Shown: piece after piece, positions 47,506 through 56,723 of the stretch
Numbering within the stretch: the first letter of the stretch is position 1
Layout: each line of letters starts with the position of its first letter
Assembly (NCBI GenBank): GCA_963667365.1
Contig: OY763324.1
Coordinates: forward strand, 1,210,071-1,274,070
Length of the DNA stretch: 64,000 bases
From: Candidatus Poribacteria bacterium
GTDB lineage: Bacteria > Poribacteria > WGA-4E > WGA-3G
Direction of reading: 5' to 3'
Made by a program: the position numbers and the translations under genes
Notes under the pieces: model-generated
What the model saw: the letters and a program-made list of their open reading frames with translations, nothing else
Told to the model about the DNA's origin: nothing
Databases searched by the model: none

Positions 47506-48789
47506 ATGAAATTCGGGTTGTTTTATGAACACCAAATCCCGCGTCCATGGGAAGAAGGAGCAGAACATAAACTTTTCCAAGATGCATTAGATCAGGTAGA
47601 ATTGGCTGACAAACTTGGGTTTGACTATATATGGGAGGTAGAACACCATTTCCTTGAAGAGTATTCACATTCTTCTGCGCCAGAGGTATTCCTCGCAGCA
47701 TGCAGTCAACGGACAAAACAGATTCGGCTTGGACACGGAATTGTCCTGATGCCTCCCGCGTATAACCACCCCGCACGTGTAGCCGAACGCATCTCTACAC
47801 TTGATTTGGTTTCAAACGGACGTGTAGAATGGGGTACAGGTGAATCAGCATCGCACATGGAACTCGGTGGATTCAACGTTGACCCAAAGTGTAAACGAGA
47901 AATGTGGGAGGAATGTACGCGCGAAACTGCGAAGATGATGATGCAATCACCTTATGCAGGTTATGATGGAAAACACTTCTCAATGCCAGTTCGTAATGTT
48001 GTTCCAAAACCGTTGCAAACACCACACCCACCACCATGGGTCGCTTGTTCCAGCCGAGATAGTTTACGATTCGCTGCCAGATACGGATTAGGCGCGCTTA
48101 CCTTCGCCTTTGTTGATGCAAATGAAGCTAAATTTTGGGTAGAGGAATACTATGAAATCTTTGAAAACGAATGTACCCCGCTGACACAGAGGGTGAACCC
48201 AAATATTGCAATGGTATCAGGCTTTTCCTGCCATGAAAACGAGGAGATTGCACTTGCCCGCGGTTTAGATGGATTCCGATTCTTCCGATTTGCCCTCGCA
48301 CACTACTATTACAACGGTTCACAAATTCCCGGTGAAACAGATATTTGGAACCTGTATAAACAAGCAAAACATGACCCAACCGAAGCACGCGCGGGAATCG
48401 GCACGCCAGATCAGGTCAGGGAACATTTAGAAATAATGGAAAACGCAGGCGTGGATCAAGTTGTTTTCATTCAACAAGCGGGTGCGAATCAGCATGAGGA
48501 TATATGCGACTCGCTACAACTATTTGCTGATCAGGTGCTACCGGACTTCAAAGCACGCGACGCAACACACACAGAACAAAAAAATGAGCGGTTGGCAACG
48601 GCAATCACAGCAGCCGATGCACGTAAACCTACTTTGACATCTCTAAGTAAGATCCCAATAGTTGATTCTTATCCTGTACTCAAGAAAAAACTTGAGGAAC
48701 AAGCAGCGGAAGTGAGTGAACCTGAGATGAGCGATGATAGTAAAAACTTTCTACTTTCAATAGAGGGTGGTCCTCGACAAGAGAAGTAA
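47506..48789 (+). CDS. LLM-class (luciferase-like) flavin-dependent oxidoreductase
   Basis: N-terminal TIM-barrel motifs matching bacterial luciferase-like monooxygenases. Confidence 0.75.
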   Translation: MKFGLFYEHQIPRPWEEGAEHKLFQDALDQVELADKLGFDYIWEVEHHFLEEYSHSSAPEVFLAACSQRTKQIRLGHGIVLMPPAYNHPARVAERISTLDLVSNGRVEWGTGESASHMELGGFNVDPKCKREMWEECTRETAKMMMQSPYAGYDGKHFSMPVRNVVPKPLQTPHPPPWVACSSRDSLRFAARYGLGALTFAFVDANEAKFWVEEYYEIFENECTPLTQRVNPNIAMVSGFSCHENEEIALARGLDGFRFFRFALAHYYYNGSQIPGETDIWNLYKQAKHDPTEARAGIGTPDQVREHLEIMENAGVDQVVFIQQAGANQHEDICDSLQLFADQVLPDFKARDATHTEQKNERLATAITAADARKPTLTSLSKIPIVDSYPVLKKKLEEQAAEVSEPEMSDDSKNFLLSIEGGPRQEK

Positions 48790-48802
48790 TGGACAGATTA
48801 TC

Positions 48803-50239
48803 ATGAAAAATGTGTTGGTGATTGACGACGACGAGAAAATCTGTTGGGCATTTCAGCAATTCCTTGAGGGTGAGGGGTACTCTCCCAGCATTGCACACAA
48901 CGCTGAAGAAGGTCTACGCCAAATTGCATCCGACAAGCCGGATGTCGTTCTCCTTGACGTCGGACTCCCTGGAATGAGTGGCTTGGAAGCGTTGGCTGAG
49001 ATTAAAAATCAACACCCGTCAGTAATTGTAGTTATCATCACTGCCTACGACGATGTTGAGACGACAATAGAGGCAATGCGCCTACACGCATTCGATTTTG
49101 TACCAAAACCAATTGATTTAGAAGTTGTTAAAAGTGTGCTTGAGCGAGCATTCCGGACACAGTCTGTCCGAAGTACATTGCCTATAGAGACAGAAACCCA
49201 TTCCTCAACAGAACAACGTGGACATCGACTCGTTGGGAAAAGCGAGCAGATGCGCGAAATATATAAACTCATCGGGGTATTGGCAAGTAATACGACCACA
49301 GTGCTCATCGAAGGTGAGACAGGAACAGGAAAAGACCTTGTTGCACGTGCAATTCATGCAGGGAGTGTACGCAAAGATATGCCTTTCATTCCTGTTGACT
49401 GTGGGGCACTGCCAGATGATCTTTTAGAGAGTGAGCTATTCGGATACGAAGCAGGAGCATTCACCGGGGCAAAAAAAGAGGGCAAACCGGGTCGTTTCGA
49501 ATTGGCAGATGGTGGCACGCTTTTTCTTGATGAAGTCGCGAATATGAGTCCCGCATTACAAGTAAAGTTGCTCCGCACATTACAAACCCAGGAGATTGGA
49601 AGGTTAGGCGGAACGCGCACTCTTAAGGTGGATGTGCGTGTCATTGCAGCTACCAATCAGGAACTCGGGCAAATGGTTAAACTGGGACAGTTTCGCACAG
49701 ATCTTTACTACCGATTCAAACGTATCGCACTCCATCTACCACCTTTACGGGAAAGGAAAGAGGATATACCGTTACTTATCACACATTTCCTACACCTCGT
49801 CCAAGATGAACTCGGTAAACCGATCCGCGGAATTTCTCAAGAAGGTATGAAATTACTTCAAAATTATGTTTGGCCAGGAAATGTTCGCGAGTTAGAAAAT
49901 AGCATCAGAAGTGCTGCAGCACTCTCACGTTCTGATGTAATCCTACCGGACGACCTACCAGAAGAAATCCATTCAGGTCTAAGTGCTACCATCCCCAATA
50001 CTTCACACGTGGAAACTTCACTAAAATCTGTCTTAAAAGATATTACAAAAGTAGGTATTGCCGAAGGCAGTCAACAACTATACGATGATGCTATCGGAAT
50101 GTTTGATAAGACTATCATTGAACTCGCATTAGATGAATGCTCGGGCAATCAGAGCAAGACTGCCGAATTACTCGGTATTAGCCGAACCACACTCATAAAA
50201 AAGATGAAGCAACACAAAATCGGAGAAAATGGAGCATAG
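48803..50239 (+). CDS. sigma54-dependent response regulator (NtrC family)
   Basis: REC domain (VLLDVGLPGMSG), an AAA+ domain with GETGTGKD and GAFTGA, and a C-terminal Fis-type HTH. Confidence 0.85.
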   Translation: MKNVLVIDDDEKICWAFQQFLEGEGYSPSIAHNAEEGLRQIASDKPDVVLLDVGLPGMSGLEALAEIKNQHPSVIVVIITAYDDVETTIEAMRLHAFDFVPKPIDLEVVKSVLERAFRTQSVRSTLPIETETHSSTEQRGHRLVGKSEQMREIYKLIGVLASNTTTVLIEGETGTGKDLVARAIHAGSVRKDMPFIPVDCGALPDDLLESELFGYEAGAFTGAKKEGKPGRFELADGGTLFLDEVANMSPALQVKLLRTLQTQEIGRLGGTRTLKVDVRVIAATNQELGQMVKLGQFRTDLYYRFKRIALHLPPLRERKEDIPLLITHFLHLVQDELGKPIRGISQEGMKLLQNYVWPGNVRELENSIRSAAALSRSDVILPDDLPEEIHSGLSATIPNTSHVETSLKSVLKDITKVGIAEGSQQLYDDAIGMFDKTIIELALDECSGNQSKTAELLGISRTTLIKKMKQHKIGENGA

Positions 50240-50245
50240 GATATT

Positions 50246-50962
50246 ATGGATACGTGGATTCGGATTGCGCACCGAGGTGCATCGAAAATTGCTCCAGAAA
50301 ACACACTCGCTGCATTCAAGAAAGCAATTGAAATCGGTGTGGATGCCATTGAACTTGATTTACACGGAACCGAAGACGGTGAGATTGTTGTCATACACGA
50401 CCCTTCCTTAGATAGAACCACAAACCTAAGTGGTCCAATAAACCAAACAACCTTAGAGACTATCAAACAGGCGGATGCAGGTGCATGGTTTAATCCGCAG
50501 TTTACTGGTGAAAAGGTCCCAACACTTGCTGAAGTATTAGCATGTATCGGAGACAAAACAATTGCGGTTTTGGAAATAAAAGATACTTTAATCTCCGAAA
50601 CAGTTGTTGAGAATATTCGCGATATGAATATGCTTGAACAGGTTGTTATTATATCCTTCCATACATCCGTATTACAAACCGTTCGTGCTATAGAACCGCG
50701 GATCCCGACAGGATGGCTTATCGGTAGTAGCAACGGATACACGCATACTGTCCAACTGTGTCAACAACTCGGTTCACTCGGTAGCGCTCTACTTAATGTC
50801 AATCACCACCTGATAACTGCTGAATTCGCTTACGAAGTCCGTAGACGTGGTATCGCCTTATGGAGTTGGACAGTAGATGATATTGTACGGATGCGACAGA
50901 TGTTGGCTTTTGGTGTACAGGGAATCACATCTAATCAACCAGAGTGTTTTTCCGATGTATGA
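50246..50962 (+). CDS. glycerophosphodiester phosphodiesterase
   Basis: HRG...E(L)D(L)H...HD motifs. Confidence 0.8.
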   Translation: MDTWIRIAHRGASKIAPENTLAAFKKAIEIGVDAIELDLHGTEDGEIVVIHDPSLDRTTNLSGPINQTTLETIKQADAGAWFNPQFTGEKVPTLAEVLACIGDKTIAVLEIKDTLISETVVENIRDMNMLEQVVIISFHTSVLQTVRAIEPRIPTGWLIGSSNGYTHTVQLCQQLGSLGSALLNVNHHLITAEFAYEVRRRGIALWSWTVDDIVRMRQMLAFGVQGITSNQPECFSDV

Positions 50963-52293
50963 CTTTTCCGCCAGAATTCAATCGCAATATACGCAAAGAT
51001 CGGATAAGAAAGCAAAGTGGTTGACCAAGCAATCCCTTCTAATCCCCAATACCGCATAAAAACCCAATTGAGAACCGGATTTAGTATAAGTCTGATTAGT
51101 GTCGCAGAGAGAATTGTCATGTGATTTTGACTCGCCAGATGCGCACGGATCAGCAATCTGCTAATTAGACGTGGGAGCATACCGATAAGATAAATGCCTA
51201 ACAGGGAAGCAATATGCTGTTGTCCCACAATAGACAACTTTCCATGTCCAAATAATAACGCTACAATATCTGACCGAAACAGATAAAAACCGATTAGAAA
51301 CGGTGCCATCAGGACGATTACTGCTAACACGCCTCTCCAAACACTCTGTTGTAATTCCTCTGCGTTCTCTAACGATGAGATCCTTGACCAATGGGAAAGC
51401 AGGACAGGAAGTGTTACACCCGAAAGTGTTTCCGGAATAGCACACAAACGGAGTGAATAATCAAGTTTTGAGACCGAACTTGGACCGAGTGTACTCGACA
51501 TTCCTCTGTCAACAACAGGGTTCATGCCATCCGAAATAGCTGCCCCAGCCATTAACATACATTGTCGCAAAAATTGTTTGGTATATGGGAATTCTGCTGT
51601 ACCTTTATGGATTCGTGTCACTCTAAATAGACTGTGTAAAGGTATATTTAGGACAACACTACAACGTTGAAATAGGATAATTGTTTGAAAAAGTTCACCG
51701 ATGACAAGTGCAATCGGGATACTAAACCAACTCACGTAAGGTTTGGATAGAAAAATAGCAGCGATGACTATAATAGCACGGAGTCCATGCACAATAACAG
51801 GTATGTGAAACACTTGGTAGGTGTCTAAAATCGCTTTTAAAATCCATCGAATTGATGAAATGATCGTTAAACAAAGAAATCCGAAGATAATACCGGTTGT
51901 AGTAGATACCGTGAGTCCAACGTTTGGAAAAAAGAGTTGTGAGATTCCCCATGAAATAGCAACTAAAATGCAACAAAGTCCCGGCATAAGTGTAATATAA
52001 CGGGAAAAGATGGATTGGACACATTCCTGTGCTTCCGTTTCACCTTTCTCCCTCGCTTCTGCTAACAGTGGGACAAGGACAGAGTATGCAGTCGCCGCAC
52101 TTAGCAACTCAATCAGAAATGCTGCGATACCCCAATAATAGTAGATGAAATCCATCTCCGCTGTATCACCGAACCAATTAGCGAGTACAATGTAAATGAG
52201 AAATGTACCTGCGCGTCCTATGAGACTGAGTGGTGTAATAAGCAGGATATTCTTGAGGAGGGACCTTTGGGTTTGGGGAACATTATTCGGCAT
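50935..52293 (-). CDS. MOP-superfamily flippase (MurJ/MviN-like)
   Basis: About 12 TM helices with a MurJ-like N-terminus. The 452-aa length is shorter than canonical MurJ. Confidence 0.55.
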   Translation of the reverse strand: MPNNVPQTQRSLLKNILLITPLSLIGRAGTFLIYIVLANWFGDTAEMDFIYYYWGIAAFLIELLSAATAYSVLVPLLAEAREKGETEAQECVQSIFSRYITLMPGLCCILVAISWGISQLFFPNVGLTVSTTTGIIFGFLCLTIISSIRWILKAILDTYQVFHIPVIVHGLRAIIVIAAIFLSKPYVSWFSIPIALVIGELFQTIILFQRCSVVLNIPLHSLFRVTRIHKGTAEFPYTKQFLRQCMLMAGAAISDGMNPVVDRGMSSTLGPSSVSKLDYSLRLCAIPETLSGVTLPVLLSHWSRISSLENAEELQQSVWRGVLAVIVLMAPFLIGFYLFRSDIVALLFGHGKLSIVGQQHIASLLGIYLIGMLPRLISRLLIRAHLASQNHMTILSATLIRLILNPVLNWVFMRYWGLEGIAWSTTLLSYPIFAYIAIEFWRKSHTSEKHSG

Positions 52294-52379
52294 GAAATGG
52301 TTGAGGTGGTGTTTGTTCAGCCACTATATTTGCACTGTGCGTATAGATTCATTATACATCTGCTCAAGAAAAAAGTCAA

Positions 52380-52400
52380 GGTTCTGAATCCAACAATTCA
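52380..52400. repeat. 21-bp direct repeat copy 1 (GGTTCTGAATCCAACAATTCA)
   Basis: Identical to 52653-52673. Confidence 0.7.
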
Positions 52401-52444
52401 GTCCAATTTAATTTTCTGGTAGTTGCTATTTACGCTCAAAATGC

Positions 52445-52461
52445 CTCTTCTGTAGGAGCGA
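52445..52461. repeat. solo MITE/REP-like arm (CTCTTCTGTAGGAGCGA)
   Basis: Family core. Confidence 0.5.
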
Positions 52462-52481
52462 CCCGACGAATACCATACGGG

Positions 52482-52590
52482 GAATGCCTTAATGGCATTC
52501 ATACCCGGGGAACGCCCACAGGCGTTCATACCGTTGATTTCTTGATTTGGCGTATTCGGCGTTGATTTGGGGGAATGCCATAAGGCATTT
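52482..52590. repeat. three tandem diverged ~45-bp hairpin units (GAATGCC-loop-GGCATTC / GAACGCC-CACA-GGCGTTC / GAATGCC-ATAA-GGCATTT), each followed by ATACC(G)TTGATTTC
   Basis: Perfect 7-bp stems at 52482-52500 and 52510-52527, and a near-perfect one at 52573-52590. Confidence 0.6.
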
Positions 52591-52652
52591 ATACCGTTGA
52601 TTTCCCAGTCGAGACTTTCTGACTGTACCTTGAGAAAACTTGAAAATTGAAT

Positions 52653-52673
52653 GGTTCTGAATCCAACAATTCA
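52653..52673. repeat. 21-bp direct repeat copy 2
   Basis: Identical to 52380-52400. Confidence 0.7.
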
Positions 52674-52674
52674 C

Positions 52675-52703
52675 TTGACAAACGGATTAATATGTGTTAA
52701 AAT
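52675..52703 (+). promoter_or_regulatory. sigma70-type promoter for the tRNA cluster
   Basis: TTGACA, a 17-nt spacer, then TAAAAT, ending 25 nt before tRNA-Ser(TGA). Confidence 0.55.
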
Positions 52704-52728
52704 TAAAATCGGTTAATTATCTAAAATT

Positions 52729-52816
52729 GGTGGGATGGCTGAGCGGACGAAGGCGGCGGTCTTGAAAACCGTTGTGGCGTAAGTCACCGTGGGTTCGAAT
52801 CCTACTCCCACCGCCA
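52729..52816 (+). tRNA. tRNA-Ser (TGA), CCA encoded
   Basis: Type II, anticodon loop CUUGAAA. Confidence 0.85.
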
Positions 52817-52821
52817 TATAT

Positions 52822-52906
52822 GGAGAGGTGCAGGAGTGGTTGAACTGGACTGCCTGCTAAGCAGTTATGGCGCAAGCCATCGTGGGTTCGAATCCCACCC
52901 TCTCCG
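52822..52906 (+). tRNA. tRNA-Ser (GCT)
   Basis: Type II, anticodon loop CUGCUAA. Confidence 0.85.
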
Positions 52907-52999
52907 TTTTTAACTTATAATCACGCATACAGTGTCGTTGGGATAAACTTTAAAAACCCTGCGAAATCATATTAGATCACCGAAACTTTGGTGAAACAT

Positions 53000-53073
53000 G
53001 CGCCTGTAGCTCAGTGGATTAGAGCATCTGACTACGGATCAGAAGGCCGGGGGTTCGAATCCTCTCAGGCGCT
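53000..53073 (+). tRNA. tRNA-Arg (ACG)
   Basis: Anticodon loop CUACGGA. Confidence 0.85.
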
Positions 53074-53147
53074 TTTTGACTCTTGAGATAATGCAGCAAA
53101 AGACCTTAAGAGTTAGGGAAAATAATAGTTGAAACGTTGTTCCTGTT

Positions 53148-53606
53148 ATGCAAATTTTGGATAACGATGTCTTGTGGATGGAGCAAGCACTTGAATTAGC
53201 AAGGCAGGCTGACGAAAAAGGTGAAGTTCCTGTCGGTGCGATAATTGTTAAAGACAATGCTTGTATCGCAGCTGCTCATAATCTTCGGGAACATACTGGA
53301 AATCCAATTGCACACGCAGAGATGCTTGCGATACAGGAAGCAGCTGAAAAACTTGGCAACTGGCGTTTGACAGATACCATATTATATGTGACTTTGGAAC
53401 CGTGTCCGATGTGTGCTGGGGCGATAGTTTTGTCACGTATTCCCAAGGTTGTTTATGCTGCTACCGATCCGAGAGCAGGTGCAGCGGGAACACTTTACAA
53501 TATTGTTCAAGATGAACGTTTGAATCATCGAGTGGAATTGGTAAGCGGAGTATTTGCCGAAGAAAGCAGTGCACTGTTGAAATCGTTTTTTAAAAACCAT
53601 CGTTGA
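53148..53606 (+). CDS. tadA: tRNA-specific adenosine-34 deaminase
   Basis: HAEMLAI...PCPMCAGA zinc-binding CDA motifs and a 152-aa length. Confidence 0.85.
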   Translation: MQILDNDVLWMEQALELARQADEKGEVPVGAIIVKDNACIAAAHNLREHTGNPIAHAEMLAIQEAAEKLGNWRLTDTILYVTLEPCPMCAGAIVLSRIPKVVYAATDPRAGAAGTLYNIVQDERLNHRVELVSGVFAEESSALLKSFFKNHR

Positions 53607-53631
53607 TACCTATAGTTAACAGTCCGAATAA

Positions 53632-53716
53632 GGAGAGATGCAGGAGCGGTTGAACTGGACAGTCTCGAAAACTGTTGTGGCGCAAGTCACCGTGGGTTCG
53701 AATCCCACTCTCTCCG
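53632..53716 (+). tRNA. tRNA-Ser (CGA)
   Basis: Type II, anticodon loop CUCGAAA. Confidence 0.85.
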
Positions 53717-53845
53717 TTTTGATCGGTGTATAAACGAACCATTCCACACATATTAACGGTTTGTGCTACAATATACTTCTTGAATAAACGGCAAATATAT
53801 CGGGACGGATGTCCATAAGACTAAAAACAATGTTTCAGTTACCTT

Positions 53846-53918
53846 GGGGCAGTAGCTCAGTTGGGAGAGCGCATCCCTCGCACGGATGAGGTCACGGGTT
53901 CAAATCCCGTCTGCTCCA
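53846..53918 (+). tRNA. tRNA-Ala (CGC)
   Basis: G3:U70 identity pair and anticodon loop CUCGCAC. Confidence 0.8.
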
Positions 53919-53935
53919 TTTTTGTAACACTTTTC

Positions 53936-54027
53936 GGAGAGATGCAGGAGTTGGTTGAACTGGCATGACTGGAAATCATGTGTGCTGTTTTGCAGTACCG
54001 TGGGTTCGAATCCCACTCTCTCCGCCA
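53936..54027 (+). tRNA. tRNA-Ser (GGA), CCA encoded
   Basis: Type II, anticodon loop CUGGAAA. Confidence 0.85.
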
Positions 54028-54099
54028 TTTTTTGGAGCAACGCCGGTTTAGCGTTCTTAAACCGGCAAATCTCACATCCGATGAAGAATATAACGCCTT

Positions 54100-54369
54100 G
54101 GCTATGCTAGGTGGGGAGGTAGCGGTGCCTTGTATCTGCAATCCGCTATAGCAGAACTGAATTCCCAGTATGAGGCCTGTTTTTGTGGGGACTGTCCCAA
54201 GCACGTAGCGTTGATAGTCGGGTCTTGAGCAACGGGTGCTTATTGAACCCCGTCAGGTCTGGAAGGAAGCAGCGGCAGATGAGTTTTCTCGTGTGACGCA
54301 AGGTAGCCTGACTTGAGCCAACGACCTGGGCAACGCCCGGAAAAGCTTGTCAAATCTGGGTGCATAGCC
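54100..54369 (+). ncRNA. ffs: signal recognition particle RNA, long (Bacillus-type, ~270 nt) form
   Basis: Domain IV motif GTCAGGTCTGGAAGGAAGCAGC at 54252-54273 followed by GGCAGATGA. The 5' GGCTATGC can pair with the 3' GCATAGCC. It sits immediately upstream of dnaX-ybaB-recR, the conserved synteny. Boundaries are approximate. Confidence 0.7.
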
Positions 54370-54512
54370 ATTATATTTAATTTACACGCGGTGTTATCAT
54401 GTTTAATTCCACTTACCAATTTCATAGGTGTGTTTTTTGAGTTTACACCTATTTTGCTACTTACAAATAGCAAAGCATAAGGTTCTATTTTTGCCTGTCT
54501 AAGGTTTCAAAC

Positions 54513-56273
54513 ATGTCATACGAAGTTTTTGCACAGAAATGGCGACCTCAGTACTTCAGAGACGTTGTTGGACAGGCGCACGTGACCGCCACACTACAGA
54601 ACCAAATTCGGTCCGAGCGTCTCGGCCATGCATACCTTTTTTGGGGACCAAGAGGCACGGGTAAGACAACGGTGGCACGACTCTTTGCCAAAGCTGTCAA
54701 CTGCTTGAATCCATCACAAGAAACCGAGGTAGGTATGGTAACGACTGGAGAACCTTGTAATGACTGTGATGCCTGCCACGAAATTACACAAGGTTCATCC
54801 TTTGATGTTATTGAGATGGATGCCGCTTCTAACCGTGGAATTGATACGATACGTGATCTTCGCGAGAATGTAAAACTTTCCCCCGCAGCCTATAAATTCA
54901 AAATCTACATTATTGATGAAGTCCATATGCTTACGAAGGAAGGGTTTAACGCGCTCCTCAAAACGTTAGAAGAACCTCCAGCACATGTCATTTTCATCAT
55001 GGCAACAACCGAACACTCTCAAATCCCAAAGACGATCATCTCCCGATGCCAAGACTTTGATTTTCGTCATCTCATTCCTGAACAGATTATTTCTCGACTA
55101 CAACTTATATCCGATGATGAAGATATATCAGCAGATAGCGAAGTGTTGGCACTCATTGCTCGTCAATCCGAAGGATGCCTACGGGATGCCGAAAACTTAC
55201 TGGAACGGTTGGTATCTTCTGCCGGGAAAGATTTGACACTTGAAAATGTTGAAGAAACACTCGGACTCAGTTCAAGCCACCTTCTACACGAACTTATTGA
55301 GGCAATAGCTCAGCGGGACATTGCCTCGGGACTGGCTGCATTAAACAAACTTACCATACAGGGAGTGGATTTAGCACAATGTCTTCACCAAGTCATCGCT
55401 TATTTTCGTGACCTGCGTCTACTCGCTATTGATAACCAACTTGAAGACCTCATTCAGAGTCCTAAATCTGAACTGGTACATCTCAAGGAAATGGCAGAAC
55501 AAATTTCTGTCGAAAGGTTGTCTCGGATCATCAAAATACTGATGCATACCAACCGCGAAATTATAGAATACGGTTATGACCAATTGCATCTTGAGAGTGC
55601 ACTAATTCAAATTAACTCCATCAATGAGACAATTCAACTTGACGAAATCGTCAACAAACTGATTGCCATAGAACAGAAATTTGGTAGTACTCAGATGGAA
55701 TCGGGCACCACGCCAAATCTCACACATCCTATTACCACTCAAAGTAGACCAGTTGAACCGATCTTTGAAGTAGAGAGTCCTACTGGTTCCGCACAAGAAA
55801 CGAAACCCTCACCTAAAGCATTCATTGAACACGACCCAGAGACCAGTACATCAGAAACTGATAACGATCAGTCTCAGCAAAATTCCACTCGGAATTTAGA
55901 TGAGATTTGGGGAGAAGTGATGCTACAGCTTAAGGAAACATCACCTCATTTAGTCCTGGGTACATTTAATGGCGCGATTCCATCTGAAAATGGGGAAGAT
56001 CGTATTAAAGTCGTTTGTTTACCTGAAGCGAGTTTTACATTTGTTGATGACGAGGTAATGCAACGCATCACTAAAATGTTTTCAGACTTAAGCGGAAAGC
56101 GGGTCCAGATCGAACTTGTTAGAGCAGAAGTGGTCACAAAACCAGAGGAAACGACGGAACAACCACAGGAAGAAGTAAAAACGACACCAATGATGCGTAA
56201 ACGCCAAGCCGAAGAAGACGAACAAATCCAACCCGTGCTTGAGTTATTTGACGCAAGAATTTTAGAAATCTAA
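54513..56273 (+). CDS. dnaX: DNA polymerase III subunit gamma/tau
   Basis: GPRGTGKTT Walker A, a zinc Cys cluster CNDCDAC, and SRC. Confidence 0.9.
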   Translation: MSYEVFAQKWRPQYFRDVVGQAHVTATLQNQIRSERLGHAYLFWGPRGTGKTTVARLFAKAVNCLNPSQETEVGMVTTGEPCNDCDACHEITQGSSFDVIEMDAASNRGIDTIRDLRENVKLSPAAYKFKIYIIDEVHMLTKEGFNALLKTLEEPPAHVIFIMATTEHSQIPKTIISRCQDFDFRHLIPEQIISRLQLISDDEDISADSEVLALIARQSEGCLRDAENLLERLVSSAGKDLTLENVEETLGLSSSHLLHELIEAIAQRDIASGLAALNKLTIQGVDLAQCLHQVIAYFRDLRLLAIDNQLEDLIQSPKSELVHLKEMAEQISVERLSRIIKILMHTNREIIEYGYDQLHLESALIQINSINETIQLDEIVNKLIAIEQKFGSTQMESGTTPNLTHPITTQSRPVEPIFEVESPTGSAQETKPSPKAFIEHDPETSTSETDNDQSQQNSTRNLDEIWGEVMLQLKETSPHLVLGTFNGAIPSENGEDRIKVVCLPEASFTFVDDEVMQRITKMFSDLSGKRVQIELVRAEVVTKPEETTEQPQEEVKTTPMMRKRQAEEDEQIQPVLELFDARILEI

Positions 56274-56323
56274 ATTTAGTCTATATTCGGCTAAAAGAAT
56301 AAATTACATTTAAGGAGAAACTT

Positions 56324-56345
56324 CCAACTCTCTTTTGAGAGTTGG
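56324..56345 (+). terminator. hairpin (9-bp perfect stem CCAACTCTC/GAGAGTTGG, loop TTTT) between dnaX and ybaB
   Basis: Followed by the moderately U-rich TACATTTTACTATT; possibly a partial terminator or attenuator. Confidence 0.35.
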
Positions 56346-56359
56346 TACATTTTACTATT

Positions 56360-56668
56360 ATGAAGATGAATGATTTGATGAAACAGGCACAGCAGATGCA
56401 AAAACGCATGCTCGAAATACGAGAAGAACTCGCTAACCGGACTGTAGAAGCAACCGTCGGCGGCGGCATGGTTACGGCAGTTGTCAATGGACAACAAGAA
56501 CTTGTTTCACTTCGCATTACACCAGAAGTCGTTGATCCAGATGATACCGAGATGCTTGAGGATTTAGTCGTCGCTGCTGTGAATGAAGCACTACAACAAT
56601 CACAAGAACTGATGTCTGATGAGATGAGTAAACTAACTGGGGCACTCAAGATTCCGGGACTTCCGTAA
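56360..56668 (+). CDS. ybaB: nucleoid-associated protein YbaB/EbfC
   Basis: MNDLMKQAQQMQ...TVEATVGGGMV. Confidence 0.85.
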   Translation: MKMNDLMKQAQQMQKRMLEIREELANRTVEATVGGGMVTAVVNGQQELVSLRITPEVVDPDDTEMLEDLVVAAVNEALQQSQELMSDEMSKLTGALKIPGLP

Positions 56669-56723
56669 CAGCAAATTAACAACAGTAATTTGCTTGAAAA
56701 TCTGCTAATGCAGTAGGCAAAAC

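Noticed and set aside
52482-52590. Possible CRISPR array (repeated palindromic units)
   Set aside because: There are only three diverged hairpin units, contiguous with no spacers of regular length and no cas genes, so this is a tandem REP-like structure and not a CRISPR array.
53039-54473. Minus-strand ORFs 53039-53257, 53248-53436, 53857-54204 and 54240-54473
   Set aside because: They overlap tRNA-Arg, tadA (antisense), tRNA-Ala, tRNA-Ser and the SRP RNA, and are spurious.
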